Shown here one piece after another: positions 1 to 15,251 of a stretch of 64,000 bases of DNA. Below the pieces are notes generated by a model. That model had not been told where the DNA came from and searched no databases. It saw only the letters and a list, made by a program, of their open reading frames with translations. Numbering within the stretch: the first letter of the stretch is position 1; each line of letters starts with the position of its first letter. The position numbers and the translations under genes are program-made. The DNA is taken from NCBI RefSeq assembly GCF_009914755.1, contig NC_060926.1; one strand, written 5' to 3'. The DNA comes from the human T2T-CHM13v2.0 reference genome, Homo sapiens.

Positions 1-105
1 ACATAGGGTTATTGTAATAAGCAAATGATTTAATACACGTACCACACTTAGAACAGTGTCTGGCATAGCATAAATACTGAACACTATATAAGTTTATCTA
101 TTACT
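1..105 (+). mobile_element. MIR SINE, 3' fragment
   Basis: Resembles the MIR 3' core (catagggttattgt...cttagaacagtgtctggcatag...aaatact). Confidence 0.7.
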
Positions 106-1876
106 CTTTATATTATTAAGAAAAATTCTCTAATAAATGTTTTTAAATAGACATCTCCTCCACCCTAGGAAAAAACAATTAATTCTCATGTGACTAGTTT
201 TGAAAACATGAAAACAGTCCAAAATTTTAGCATTTATACAAATGTTTAAAATAAACCTAACATCCCAAAAGACTATCTTGTCCTTTCTCTGATACATAAG
301 GTGAGGTGAAACCAAAAGAACTACAAAAATCTCTGTACTTGGTGATCTTTCCCCAAGAGCAAATGCTGTGTAAAATAAGCCCTATACTCAGCTGAGGTGA
401 GTCAATGGGGTTTGGTTTTCAGATAACTCTCCCCTCAAGTCCTGCTTTGCTTCTGTTGACTCAGTTATTTGCCAATTATTGGATGAGTGCAAAACATCTG
501 AGAATGACAGAAACAAACCTTCAGTGAAGTTATGCAGTTCCAGTCATGATGTAGCCAGAAAATGCACTGAAAATGGAATCTGAAAGGCATTAGCCAACCC
601 ACTCCTGAGCTCAGGCTGCAAGGTTTACTTGTACTGATATTCATAAAAATAGTTTAAGTATGAATCAGGGAAGAGTAACTATTTTAAAGCTGCCAATAGT
701 TTCTTTTTATTGCTTGAGGTAGAGTGAAGTAGAGAGTTGAAAATTGTTAAAGTAGGAATATTTTGCATTTTGTTTTAAACATAGAATTTGTCATGGGGTA
801 GATCTTTCCTTCCTTCCTTCCAAAAGGCATCATTTTAGCCAGTGTTTTCTAGCCTTGTAGATGCAAAGTCATTATACTGGCAAAAACAAATCCAAAGGCA
901 GAGACTGCAGACTGAGATGTTATTCCATTATTGATTCAAACTGCTGTCTTGGCCTTTGCTGAGATGAGTATGGCTCTGTGTACTTGTTCTTTCTCTCCCA
1001 GAGGCCTGAGAGAGGGCAGGACTCCTGGACTTCATAAAAGAAAGGAACAGGGAGTAACTCAATCTTTTTTTCTTAAACTGGTCAATTTTTGTTTATTGAT
1101 AGTTTTAAAAAGTTTCTTTCAGTGTTGTAACTTCATATTGTCAATGCCATATAAATTATTCAAATAGTTGCCAAATTTACAAAAACTTCTCTTCAGTTTG
1201 TTAATGTTTGTAAGATTTTAGAGAATTTCAAATTTTTTTGAACAGCAACTAATCTGAAATACTCTTTCAATTGATAATGCTCATTGATCAGTTTGTCAAC
1301 AATGTTCTCATTTTATGATTTATTGTGAGTTTTATATTATCTGATATGTGTTTTGTCAAATCAAAAATGTAAAGCTTTTAAAATTTGTTCACATAGTTCC
1401 CTCCTCCCCACTAATGAAATCATTAAATAATCGAAGGACCTCCTAATACTTCTTTGTAAAATGTATCGTTTCGTCCAAATGACTGTTCCTTTTGGCATGA
1501 TCCAAAAAATATTTTGTTACAACTTACTTTTTGTAGTTAGAATAATTTCTATCAATTTTGTTGCTCCTATGTATTGCTTCTGTTTCATATTTCATCTGAC
1601 TTTTTTCTTTGAACAATAAATTGAAGGGTGAAAACATAAGGTACTCTTCATATATATCTAAACCAAGATTCACTTGTTTTATTGAAATGGTCCAAAATAT
1701 TATTTCAAATTGCTATTACTTAGTGTAATCAAGTTTTGTCAACTTTGTGAATATCACTTATATACAGATGGTAGTCTTTAAAATGTTGAAGCACATTGCA
1801 AGAACTAGACAACTTTGTAACAAGCAGACTCTTATTTTTCATTTAGACTTGGTGATGAAAAATCAATATTAGAATG

Positions 1877-2286
1877 AGTCTTAGTCTGTTTTCTTTTGCT
1901 ATAACAGATTACCAATGACTGGGTAATTTATAAAGAAAAGAAATTTATTTTTTGCAATGCTGAAGGCTGGGAAGTCTAAGATCAAGGGCCCATATCTGGT
2001 GAGGGCCCTCTTGCTGGTGGGGAATCTCTGCAGAGTCCCAAGTTGGTGCAGGGCATCACTTGTCAAGAGGGCTCACAAGAGAGAACCCAATTGGCTTTTA
2101 TCACAGACCCACTTTCATGATAACTAACCCATTCCTTTGATAACCCATTAATTCACTAACCCATTAATCCATAAATTGACCAATCCATTCATGAGCACAG
2201 AACCCTTAAATGCTCTTAATACATGAGCCTTTAATACACTTCTTAATAGATGACTTTTAGAAGAAACAAACATTCAAATCGTAGCA
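1877..2286 (-). mobile_element. MaLR solo LTR (MSTC/MSTD-like)
   Basis: Runs gtcttagtc...ctgggtaatttataaagaaaag...caaacattcaaatcgtagca. Imperfect TSD gaatg/ggatg. Confidence 0.85.
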
Positions 2287-2348
2287 GGATGTATATTGAA
2301 ATAGAGAACAAACATTCAAATCGTAGCAGGATGTATGTTGAAACAGAG
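2265..2348. repeat. 42-bp tandem duplication spanning the LTR end
   Basis: aacaaacattcaaatcgtagcaggatgtat(a/g)ttgaaa(t/c)agag occurs twice, with 2 mismatches. Confidence 0.95.
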
Positions 2349-2664
2349 AACTATTTCAACTTTAGCTGAATCAATAAATACTTTAATAATAAAATAGTCA
2401 ACCTAGAAGTAGCAACTTTGAGGCTTATGGGGGCAGATTTTTCTTGTGAGATTTAGGGAGTGATTTGCATGTGGCCATGTTCTTATCATAATGTGACCTT
2501 CAGCCCTGCTCCTTAGTGTGATGCTGCACAATAAATGAGCACAGTGCATTGGATGCTATTTCTCTACCAGGATGGCTAATATTCACTTGAATATGCTAAG
2601 AGACTTATAAATACTCCACTGAGAACTAAATGACTAAAAAGCTCATGACTACTTCAACACCTCC

Positions 2665-3450
<786 letters not shown>

Positions 3451-3489
3451 ATGAAATAGGTATGATGAAGGTAGGTCAGAATTTTTTTT

Positions 3490-3650
3490 AAAAAGTCAAT
3501 CTTAAAAAATTGTGATGAAAACATCTTACTTCTGAAAATCTTACAATAACATATGGCCATATGACCATGTTCTTAGAGGCTTGGAGGAGGCACAAGTGAG
3601 GGTTCCTGAAACTTCAGCCTCATTAGTTTCATGGCAAACCCCTTCTATCT
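3490..3650. mobile_element. MER91-like hAT MITE fragment
   Basis: tatgaccatg...gcttggaggaggcacaagtgaggg...cttcagcctcattagtttcatggcaaacc resembles the recalled MER91 terminus. Confidence 0.6.
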
Positions 3651-4115
3651 ACACTTCTCCTAGGGCAGTAGCTGGCACTTAGTAGACTCATGGCAAGTGA
3701 TAGTCCCTGTTGCTAATATTAATATACTCCTTCTATTAACATCCATATATTTTCCAGCTAGGTATGGGCACCATGTATTTTCCAGGTAATCTGCTTTAAA
3801 TTTTAAATTTTTGTTCTATTTTCTTGGTCCACCTTTCCCATTTTCCTGTTTAGACTTTACTATGTCATTCCATATGGTCCTTGGCTAAATTTTTCTCCTC
3901 AGTGATGCCACATGTTAGAACTTGAGTTGTCAGCATTTAGTTGAAAATTCTCTTCAGGGTAAAGAAAATGTGTAAAGTGAAGTGCACATGCTTATAATTT
4001 GAGAAAATCGGGGCCCTTCCAGTTTTTACTTGGTCTCTGAATCCCAAACTCATCAATCACCATTTTCTAGGCCATGTGAAGGTGGTAAAAGGAAAGAAAT
4101 AATGTGAAACATCAG

Positions 4116-6396
4116 TGTTCTCACACTGCTATAAAGAAATATCTAAGACTGGGTAATTTATAAAGAAAAGAAATTTAATTGGCTTACAGTTCTGCAGGCT
4201 ATGTAGGAAGCATGACAGCTTCTGGGGAGGCCTCAAGAAACTTTTAGTCATGGCTGAGGGTGAAGGGCAAGCAGGCACATCTTACATGGCCAGAGTAGGA
4301 GGAAGAGAGTGAGAGGTGGGAGGTGCTACACATTTTAAAACAACCAAATTTTATGAGAACTCTATCTTAAGACCAGCACTCAGGGGATAGTGCTAAACCA
4401 TTCCTGAAGTGATCCAGTCACCTCCCACCAGGCCCCACATTCAACACTGGGGATTACAATTTGACATGAGATTTGGGCAGGGACACAGATGCAAACCATA
4501 TCATTCTGCCTCTTGCCCCTCCCAAATCTCATGTTCTTCTCATATTGCAACATACCATCATGCCTTCCCAACAATCCCCCAAAGTCTTAAGTTATTCCAG
4601 CATTAACTCAAAAGTACAAAGTCCAAACTATTATCTGAGACAAGGCAAATCTCTTCTACCTATGAACCTACAAAATCAAAAAGTTAGTTACTTCCAGGAT
4701 ACAATGGGGGTACAGGTATTGGGTAAATACTCCTGTTCCAAAAGGGAGAAATTGGCCAAAAGAAAGGGATTACAGGCCCCAGGCATGTCCAAAACCTAGT
4801 AGGGTAGTCACTAAATCTTAAAGCTCCAAAATAATCTCCTTTGACCCAGTGTCTCACATCCAGGGCACTCTGAGGCAGGGGGTAGGCTACAAAGGCCTTG
4901 CACAGCTCTGTGTCTGTGGATTTGCAAGATTCTGTCCCACAGCTGCTGTCATGAGCTGGCATTATGATTCTACCATTCTGGGGCCTGGAGGACAATGGCC
5001 CACTTCTCACAGCTCCACTAGGCTGTGCCCCAGTGGAGATTCGGTGTGGGGGCTCTAACCCCACATTTCCCCTCCACATTGCCCTAGTACAGGTTCTCCA
5101 TGAAGGCTCCACCCATGCAGCAAGCTTATGCCTGAACATCCAGGCTTTTTCACACATTCTCTGAATTCTAGGTGGAGGCTCTCAAGCCTCGACTCTTGCA
5201 CTCTGCAAGAGTTTTGGCCATGGCTGGAGCTAGAGTGGCTGGGAGGCAGACAGCAGTGTCCTGAGGCTGTTCAGTGCCATGGGCTCTAGGTCAGGCCCAC
5301 AAAACCATTCTTTCCTCCTAGCCCTCCCAGCCTGTGATGAGAGGGCCTGCTATGAAGATCTCTGAAATGCCTTGGAGACCTCTTTCTTACTGTCTTGGGT
5401 TTATACTTTTGAAAATTTCTGCAATAGCTGGAATTCCTTTCCAAAAAATTAACTTTTCTTTTCTATCACATGATCATGCAAAATTTCCAAACTTTTACAC
5501 CCTGCTTTCCTTTTAAATATAAGTTCCAATTTCAGATAATTTATTTGCTCATACATATGAGCATAGGTTATTAGAAGCAGCCAGGCCATGTCTTGAACAC
5601 TGCTGCTTACAAATTTTTCTCTCCAGATATCATAAATCATCATTCTCAAGTTCAAGGTTCTGCAGATCCCTAGGGAAAAGGCAAAATGCAGGCAATTGCT
5701 TTGCTAAGAAAAAAAGTGACTGTTGTTCCAATTCCCAATAAGTTCTTCATTTCCACCTGATACCTCCTCAACTTGGCCTTCACTGTCCATATCACTATTC
5801 AGCATTTTGGTCACAACAATTTAACCAGTCTCTCTAGGAAGTTCCAAACTTTCCCTCATCTTCCTGTATTCTTCTGAGCCCTCCACACTATTCTAATCTC
5901 TGCCCATTACCCAGTTCCAAAGTCACTTCTACATTTTTAGATATCTTTATAACAATGTCCTCCTCCTCAGTACCAATCTTCTGTGTTAGTATTTTCTTAC
6001 ACTGCTATAAAAAAAATACCTGACACTGGGTAATTTATAAGGAAAAGGAGTTCAATTGGCTCATGGCTCTGCAGGCTATACAAGAAGCATGATGACTTCT
6101 GGGAAGGCCTCAGGAAACTTTCAATCATGGCTAAACGCAAAGGGAAGCAGACATGTCTTATATGGCCAGAGCAGGGGGAAGAGAGAGGTGGGAGGTGCTA
6201 CACACTTTTAAACTACCAGATCTTGTAAAAACCCTACAAGAACAGCACTCACAAGAACAGCACTAGGGGCATGTTGCTAAACTATTCATGAGAAACTGCC
6301 CCCGTGATTCAATAACCTCCCACCAGGCTCCACCTCCAACACTGGGGATTACAATTACATGAGATTTGGGTGGGGACACAGATCCAAACCACATCA
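4116..6396 (-). mobile_element. Complete MaLR element: MSTA/B LTR (4116-4503), MST internal region (4504-5981), LTR (5982-6396)
   Basis: Two homologous LTRs, each ending gacacagat(g/c)caaacca(t/c)atca, flank a typical MaLR internal region. 5-bp TSD ATCAG at 4111-4115 and 6397-6401. Confidence 0.93.
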
Positions 6397-6544
6397 ATCA
6401 GTAAGTGCTTATTCATGGGCACTATTCCAAATGGGCCCTTGGAAAGTCCTCTTGATTGGATTTAGCTATTGTTATTAATGGCATACCTTTATATAATAAA
6501 TTCCATGTCCCAGGCACTGTTGTCCTTTATCTGTATTAAAGTGC

Positions 6545-7188
<644 letters not shown>

Positions 7189-7513
7189 CTTATTTAGTCC
7201 TGATAGTAGTCCTGTGAAAGAGGTGCTATTACATCTACATTTTCAGATAAAGAACAGCTGCTCAGAGAGATAAGTAACTGGCCATCATCGCATAGTTAGT
7301 ACTTCACAGGTAGGATGCAAACTCTGTCAATCTAGCTGTACAGCCCATGCCCCAACATAGTTCAGTGAAAGATCACAAGGCCCATATTCCAAATAAAGGA
7401 TGCCTGGCAAATTAGAGACAATGTTCAAAATTCTGAAATTCCAAAGCTCGTCACATGGCATATACTCATCAAAAGATATGTGACAATGTTTCTTTTTTAC
7501 ACCAACTGGATAC

Positions 7514-7866
7514 TGATATAATCTGGCTCTGTGTCCCTACCCAAATCTCATTTTGAATTGTAATACCCACGTGTTGGGGGAGGGACCTCATGGAAGGTGA
7601 ATAGATCATGAGGGCAGTTTCCCCATGCTGGTCTCATAATAGTGAGTTCTCATGAGATCTGAGGGTTTTACAAGCGTCTGGCATTTCCCTTGCTGGCACT
7701 CATTCTCTCTCCTACCGCCCTGTGAAGAGGTGCCTTCTGCCATGATTGCAAGTTTCCTGAGGCTTCCCAAGACTTGCAGAACTGTGAGTCAATTCAACCT
7801 CTTTTCTTTATAAATGACCCAGTCTCGGGTATTTCTTCATAGCAGCGTTAAGAACAGACTAATACA
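7514..7866 (+). mobile_element. THE1 (C/D-like) solo LTR
   Basis: Runs tgatataatctggctctgtgtccc...gaacagactaataca. TSD gatac/gaaac. Confidence 0.92.
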
Positions 7867-10800
7867 GAAACCACTAAGTTTGTCAACTTCCAAAACAAGT
7901 TCTTGCCCTATGGTGAGCTTCTAGGGTCTTTATCTGTGCAGGTATACAGGTCTCAGTACTGTCCATGTCTTGGACACAGCACCTTATCCCTTCCTCTCCT
8001 TCCTTTCCTATCTCTATCCTCCAAGCCCTTCAAGGTATTGCCCTCTCTTTAGCTCATACAAAGCAAAATAAATTATTCAGTTCCTTTTCTTTCTCAATAA
8101 AATTGCTTGACAAACATGAACAGTAAAACAGATCACTTGAGTTCTTGAGTTTAGACACATGAAAATCAGACTAAAGTATGTCTATGTTCTCAAGATTTCC
8201 TGGAAAGAGACCTCTTGCCTTATATGGACAGGGGACTTTCTGCTTTAATAGGAAAATTTAAATCATTAGATGAGTTCTCGGCCACTCACTCTGCTAGTTA
8301 AGTCTTTGTTGGCACATTTTGCTGTTTCTTTCCATTGTTTAAAACTGCAATATTTTATTTATTTTAAGAAATGTTGCAAAATTTCTATGCAAAACTGAAT
8401 CTGGTACACTGTTTTTCTTGATATTCATAGATGAATGTTTGCTAGAGAAATATCTGAAAGAAAAAAACAGCTCTAACTATGCCTGCATCCATTTGTGGGA
8501 ACAGAATTAAAATACAAATAAAGTGATGTTTATGGTTTCTGCTTCTTTTACTCTGTTTTCCTAAAACATGGAAGGAAATGAAGCCTTTTCCATGGTTTCA
8601 AAGACTCTAGAGAAACTTTTACATAATCACTGATTCTGACAGTTTTCCATAAATCTCTGAGAAAAACACAGGAAAAAGCTTCAGAGTGGATCCTTGGGGA
8701 TACTGAACTTGGAAAGATGCCTGAGACTTCATGTGACTCAGTGGAGACACGTGTAGCTGATTTATCCACAGAATTACTTCTTTCCTGTGTGCTTTCTTGT
8801 ATGTGGAAAGAACCTTCAGAGGGTTCTTTCACAACCTTCCACAAACCTTTCCAAAGGTTCTGGAATCAGGCAGAACTGTTCCTTGGAGACAGATGACACC
8901 ATACTCCCAACACTTAAGTAGAGGAAAGCTATCTTCAAATTTTCCTTGGGCAGTGACAACCAAGACTATGAGCACTTTGGGGCTGTATGAATATAACACA
9001 TTTCCTCATATAAAACATCTGTCTTTAGGGCCAAAATGAAATTTTCTCTTCTATTGCTTATTTATAGTGAACCTAAAAGATTTTAATGAGATCTTTTTAG
9101 TAACTGCTAAAATCATGTCCATCAAAAACATTCTTATTTCTTTGCATCAAAATCCATCCCCCAAACAACAGCACAATTCTACCCACAGCTCCTTTGAAGT
9201 TATCATTCTTTTCTTGCTCTAATTTCTGGATTCAGATAACTTGCTCAGTTTCCACATTTGACAAACTTCCTGTTTCACTTTCACTGCTGCTTCCAAATTT
9301 GTTTCTTATTCTGTTACAGAAATGGATGTGGCCACTTAAAAAATTGATGTGCTAAATACAATTCTGTTTTCATGGCTATAATCTTTGGGGTCTGTAACTC
9401 TTTATAAAATAGTATTTTCATCCCAGTGTTTGTCCTTCAAATACTATCTGGAGTTCTGCTTGTTTCTTATACACAGAAATGATTTTTTAGGGAAAATAAT
9501 TGGGGGTCCATTAGCAAAATAGTTACTTAGCTGAGAATACGAATCTTGAATTTTAATAGCAGAAGCATGTCTGGGCAAAAGAGAACACTGCATTTGGAGA
9601 CAGGATGGTGGGATTGGAGAAAGGCTAAGGGAATGGATCTATCTGTAAAAATGCCCAGAGGAGGAACATTTGGTCAGGCCAAACATGGGTTATCTCAATG
9701 GTGGGTGGTGCTGGGGAATACAGGTAGGGCATGCTCAAAACTTGCTGTGCAGATAGCCCTCCTGCCTGCTTAACCTTCTTGCATTGCAAAAGTAGGATTT
9801 TGGCTGGTGGGCAATGGCTAAGGCTGCTAGAGCCTGAGGGGCCAGGGCCAGGCAAGAGCAAGGAATGTTTTTTGCCAGAGCTTAGAGATTGGAAGTTGTG
9901 AAGCAGATGATTAGATCAGAGACTTAGAAATGGACCCAAGGAAAGAATACAGTTCTAACACCTGTTGCATGGATTTGGAGGAACAGACATAATGGTGATG
10001 GAGGGGATAACAATTAGTATACATTATTAGAATCAGACTAAGCAGCCATGCTGTTGACGCTGAGCTACCAATGCCTTACTGATCTTCCCCACCCCCACAT
10101 CCACAGAGACACTTTATATAAGAAGAATCAATCCCTTCTTGAAAAGCACTAATAAATGTATCACAGTGAAAAAGTAAAAATGTTTGAAGAGCTCAGTGCT
10201 CTTCTCTTGTCTCCTGCCCCTCCTTTCAGTAATACCGACTTTTGCACCAGCACACATTGGTGCCTATTTCCAGGGCAACTTGCCAGTAGAGAATTTAGAA
10301 GGTAAGATGGGGCAAAGGCAGGAAAGATGCAAGAAAAAGAACATGTCCTGTAATGTGCAGGCTGCTCCTTTCCTCCTGTTCACAACCTAAACAGCATTCT
10401 TTTTGCTCTGCAGGAAAAGGAAACTTCATTCCTCTTCCTGATCCACTCCACGCCCACACATCTGCAATCCCAAACCAGTCAAGGAGGTACACAAATGGAA
10501 TTTACCACATGTTGAGTTGCTTCCCAGTAGGGTAAAGCAAATGGAAGCTGTAGCCCACAACTACAGCAAGTTAGGTTTTTCCAAGAGAGGTGAGGAGCTA
10601 TTGTTATCTAAGAAGAACACTATAGCTTTGGGAAGTTTTTGAAGAGTTTTGCTGTGCACTAGACCCTACTTTGTGCGCACTGGGGTGTATGTTTGGAATT
10701 GTCTCAGCTTCTATGTTTCCACGTGTTTACAACTGCTGCGCTTCCATGCTGAGATCATGCAATGTGTGTTAACACCTACAATGAGTGTGTGAGCCCAGAG

Positions 10801-12555
10801 CAGCTGTCCAGCATGTGTTTCCAATGGTCTGGGGTATGTTCTAGCTGGAGCATGTCCACAGGAGTCTCGTAAAATGCTTCATGCTGTCTTTTCCTTTAGT
10901 TCTTCCTGACACCTGCATGTGGGAGTTGTGAGCTGAGTGTGTGAAATAGAATTGAAATGAAATCTGCCCTTTGAGTTCATGCAGGAGGTTCTTATGTGGG
11001 GGAAATGCACACGGAAACTTCTAGAGTCTTCAAATGAGGCAATATGCCAATAGGCCATTGAATTGTGGTCTTGTATGTGTAATGTTAAGGAATGGCTTCA
11101 ATGGTCCAAACTTTCAAAATATGTTTGACCTACAATTATTGCCAAAATCCAGTAAGCATTGAGGATTGGGTTCTTTCTTGCCTGCTTGCCTGCCTGCCTG
11201 CCTTCTTTGGACTGCCAGGGACTTATGTGGCCCAGGGCCCTTTCAAGTTCTCTATGTTTCAGGAATGTTCTGGAAGCACTGGAATGTTATTTAGCAGCTG
11301 CTTCTTCTGGGGATATAGTGGTTTAATCACTAATGCAAATCTCCAAAGCATCATGTCTGACTGACTTGGAATGCCTAATTCCCTATTTCACCATGAAGCC
11401 AATATTTGAAATGTTTGTATGAAGAAAAAAATCTCTCTCTTTTAAAGTTGACTTTGAAATAGTATTGCAACATCTAATGATTTTGTGCAGCGACTATGTA
11501 CAAGGCCTAGCTTGTGCAAAATGCCAGATCCTTGTTATTTTGGATCAGCTTTTGCAAGATTCTTTTAGCCCATTGCCCTGACCAGCTGGGATAATATTCT
11601 GCTTGCTGTCCCAGGCCAAAGGGCATGACTGTTTCATCTAGGGTGGCCTTCTGAGTAGCTGATGTAATTCAAAAAGACAGTTTTAATGGTCTAAACGCTG
11701 AAGCCATTGCCCTTCCATTCCCACACCCCATTGTCATTTATATATTTATAAGCTGTGCTCTATTCTGGAGTAACTTGAAACAAGATGTTTGAAACTTAAT
11801 TATTTTGTGCTGATTCTCAAAAAGGAACTTAACTATTAATGAAAGAAGAGTTTTGTAAAGTATATATTTGTTTACACCATGAAGAACAGCAAGTTTCTAT
11901 TAAAACAATTTAAAATGTAAAAGATAAAATGTGTCTAAAGGCCTCTATTCAAAAATGCATATAAGGGATTTTTGTGCATATGATGAAACAGTAACTTATA
12001 GCTTTGAGAAGACAGAGGAGTGAATTCTCTATTGCAAGGGTATCAAAAAGGTGATCATTTTGATATTCTTCAACAGGCACTGATTTATAGAAATACACAT
12101 ATATATATATAATTTAATAATAGTTCAATGTAGCACCTAGTTTGGCACAGATTTAATTATATACACTATAATGTGCTATATTTCTACTTAATCTCTGATT
12201 AAAATCAGCAACCATTTTGCTAATTCTTTTACTGCCCATGAAGATTTTTTTTTTTGGTCTAGTAGGCCTAATTTTCTACGAACATCACCACCACTGCCAG
12301 CAAACAGATGAATGGAAGAGAAGAACCTTCATTTAGTTCGCTATCTAGTTGATTTGTTTCCATAGTGACACTCACATATACACATTTACACACATGCACA
12401 CACACGCAAGTGTGCACACTCCAAAATCTTTGATTTTGTGACTATAAATATTTGGATTGAAATAGTATTTTCCATTCCCTAGATATAGTTTAGTTAGAAC
12501 TTGTCAGTTTACAATTTTTTTTTTTTACACAAAAGGGGAGGAAAAAGATCTAGAG

Positions 12556-12718
12556 TAGGTATCTGCAGACTTTTTTGTAAAGAGCCAGATAGTAAACATT
12601 TTTGGCTTTGAGGGCTGTGCTGCCCCTGTGGCTGCTATTAAACTCTGCCATTGTAGTGTGAAATCAGCCATAGGCAGCGGGCCAGGTTTGTCCTACAGGC
12701 TATTCTTACTGATCCCTG
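12556..12718. mobile_element. MER58A-like hAT-Charlie MITE, internally deleted
   Basis: tgtaaagagccagatagtaaacatttttggctttg...ctctgccattgtagtgtgaaa...gggccaggtttg...gatccctg. Confidence 0.8.
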
Positions 12719-12865
12719 ATCCAAACCGAAAGGTCTATCTTGTTTTCAGGATTCCACCATACCCTATTGAAGGAAGATTTAGTCACTCCTTATTCTTTCC
12801 ACCCTAGTTTTTCATTTGAGTCCCCACATATAGACTGAAGTAGGTATTTGAGGCAATTAACCTCA

Positions 12866-13101
12866 TCAGTGATTCCTAAAGTGTGTTCCACAGAACATGT
12901 AATACTGAAAAATCCTGTTAAATTCACTTCTAATGAATTTTGGAATTACTACACACTATATCCCTCTAAAGGCTCAGTGGAAGTCTATCATAAAGCAACC
13001 TGTTTACCCCAGAGTCTCTCAGACTTGGAAACCCTTTTGAACATATGTCTATAAACATCCTGTAAAGGTAGTGTTCCAAAGAACCGGCATTGAGAATGCT
13101 G
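12866..13101. mobile_element. hAT-Charlie-type MITE (family uncertain)
   Basis: TIR-like ends cagtgattcctaaagtgtgttcc ... gtgttccaaagaacc...gagaatgctg. Confidence 0.55.
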
Positions 13102-13199
13102 ATATGCTGATCTAGATAACAAAGGCCTTTGAAATGTTCTGCATTGCTTGTTTGAATATTTCTAATAAACTTAAATTTCCTTTTGATTATCCCAATATC

Positions 13200-13507
13200 T
13201 TTTTTTTTTTTTTTTTTTTTTTTGAGACAGGGTATGCCTCTGTGGCCCAGGATGGAGTGCAGTGGTGTGATATTGACTCACTGCAACCTCTGCTTCCTGG
13301 GCTCAAGAAATCCTCCTGCCTCAGCTTCCCAAGTAGTTGGGACTACAAGCCTGATCCATCACATCCGACTAATTTTTGTATTTTTTTTGTAGAGATGGGG
13401 TTTTGCCATGTTGTCCAGGCTTGTCTTGAACTCATGAGCTCAAGCAATCTGCCCGCCTTGGCCTCCCAAAGTGCTACGATTACAGGCATGAGCCACTGCT
13501 CCTAGCC
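13200..13507 (-). mobile_element. AluJ
   Basis: Poly-T followed by a diverged reverse-strand Alu. TSD tat(c/t)ccaatatcttt. Confidence 0.95.
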
Positions 13508-13879
13508 TATTCCAATATCTTTTCATAGTCATTTATTTCATTATGTGGTTCAAAAATGTCTTGGACATCTGAAGTATTCAAAGAAGTTCCAGATCTTGTT
13601 ATATATACAAATGACTTAAAGTCGTTAACATTTCAGTGAGGTTGATATGAAGGTAGCCTCACATATTACTTTCAACTCTGAGCCTGCTTAAACTTTATTA
13701 TTTCAAGTGAAGGTCAAGGTGACAGTAGACTTTTTTAATTATGGGAAGCATTTATTTGCTCCACCCTAACACAGACTGACACAATAACACAATATTTCAA
13801 ATTAGGCTAACCTGTGTGCAAAGCTCTAGGCTTAATACTTTAGATGTGTAAGGTTAGTGAATGTACACAAGATAAGTAG

Positions 13880-13965
13880 TTATTAACCACATTTTACAGA
13901 CAAACTGATATTTAAAAGGTTATCAGCAACTTGCCCAAAGTCACACAGTTAACCAATAGTAGCAA
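13880..13965 (-). mobile_element. MIR fragment
   Basis: cattttacaga...aacttgcccaaagtcacacag core. Confidence 0.65.
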
Positions 13966-14652
13966 TGAATAGCTACATGTCAATTTTTTTCTAATAAAAT
14001 ATCTTCATTGGAAAATTATTTCAACTCTAACTAAATTTAATGAAATAATTTCATATATTTACATATAATGAGAAAACTTATCCATAAAAAAAGCACTGGT
14101 GTCAACTTCCCCACATGGAATTATTTTGGGATTAAAATAATCTAAATCATCCTTCTCAATTATATAAAAAAATTGTTAATTATATTTTAATAAGTTTATC
14201 ACATTGATTTAGATCAAAGTTATTGATATTGCTCTATTTTTGTGAGCCAGATAAATACTTCATGGTTTCTTAAAATTCTTTTTTTATTGATATTTTCATT
14301 ACATTTCTGTCATCAGATTTGAAATTGTAACTTTCTTTAACAGGAAAAAAGGTTTATCATTGTTTTACATATGTTTTCATCATGTATCACCTATGTTTAT
14401 GTATGTTTTTATCACCTATAGTCAATATTTAGTTTTTATTTTTCATTACATGCTGGATTAGGAATACAATTTTACTTAGAATACTGTTCTATGGAGACAT
14501 AAGATCGTCTCAAGAGTAATTCATTTTACAACATTGTGTCCAAGAGCATCTGAGGATAAAAACAGCAAAAAATATTTTAAAAATATATGCATGACTGTTT
14601 CAGTTTATGTATGTTAGACGAAAAGGAAAAAATAGAGAAATAGAAAAGTGGC

Positions 14653-15101
14653 TGTATTAGTTTCCAAAAGTTGCCATAATAAATTATCACAAACTGGGTG
14701 GCTTAAAACAACACAAATGTATTCTACACAGTTCTGAAGGTGAGAAGTCTGAAATCAAGGTGTCGGCAGGGGCACACTCCCTCTGAAGGCTCCGGGGAAA
14801 AATCCTTCCTTGTCTCTTGCAGCTTCTGCTGGTTGTCAGCAATCCTTGGCCTTCCTTGAACTATAGTAGCATAACTCCAATCTCTGCCTTAGTCTTCTCG
14901 TGGCCATTTTCCTTGTGTGTGGGTCTGTGTCCAAGTTTCCCTTTTCTTATAAGGACACCTACCAGTCATCAGGTTAGGGCTCACTCTAATCCAGTATAAC
15001 CTCATCTTAACTTGATTACATCTGCAAAGACTCCATTTTCAAATAATGCTGTGTTCACGGTACTGGGTGTTATGACCTGACCATATCTTCAACCCAGAAC
15101 A
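14653..15101 (-). mobile_element. MLT1B/C solo LTR
   Basis: Runs tgtattagtttcc...aaactgggtggcttaaaacaac...caacccagaaca. Perfect TSD GTGGC at 14648-14652 and 15102-15106. Confidence 0.92.
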
Positions 15102-15251
15102 GTGGCTAATAAGGAAATACATGAGTTTGAAGAACGAGCAATTATTCTTCTCAAATAATGTTAATTCATGCCTCTATATTTAGCATGTTTTGAAGAATAA
15201 TAATTTGCTCACTTATGTAGTCTTCTGTGACTCACTCTGACCAAGTCACAC

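Larger units (their letters stand above)
1080..2420 (-). mobile_element. Degenerate hAT (Tip100/Zaphod-like) transposase remnant, interrupted by a MaLR LTR
   Basis: Minus-strand translation gives hAT-like blocks in the expected order: FSVST (about 2340-2355), KSLLVTKLSS (TRW-like, about 1805-1835), *NNILDHFNKTS (about 1670-1707), and RSFCK (ERSFSKL dimerisation-like, about 1175-1190). Many stops and frameshifts. Confidence 0.55.

Noticed and set aside
4684-5157. 157-aa ORF
   Set aside because: It lies in the MST internal region and is a decayed MaLR remnant.
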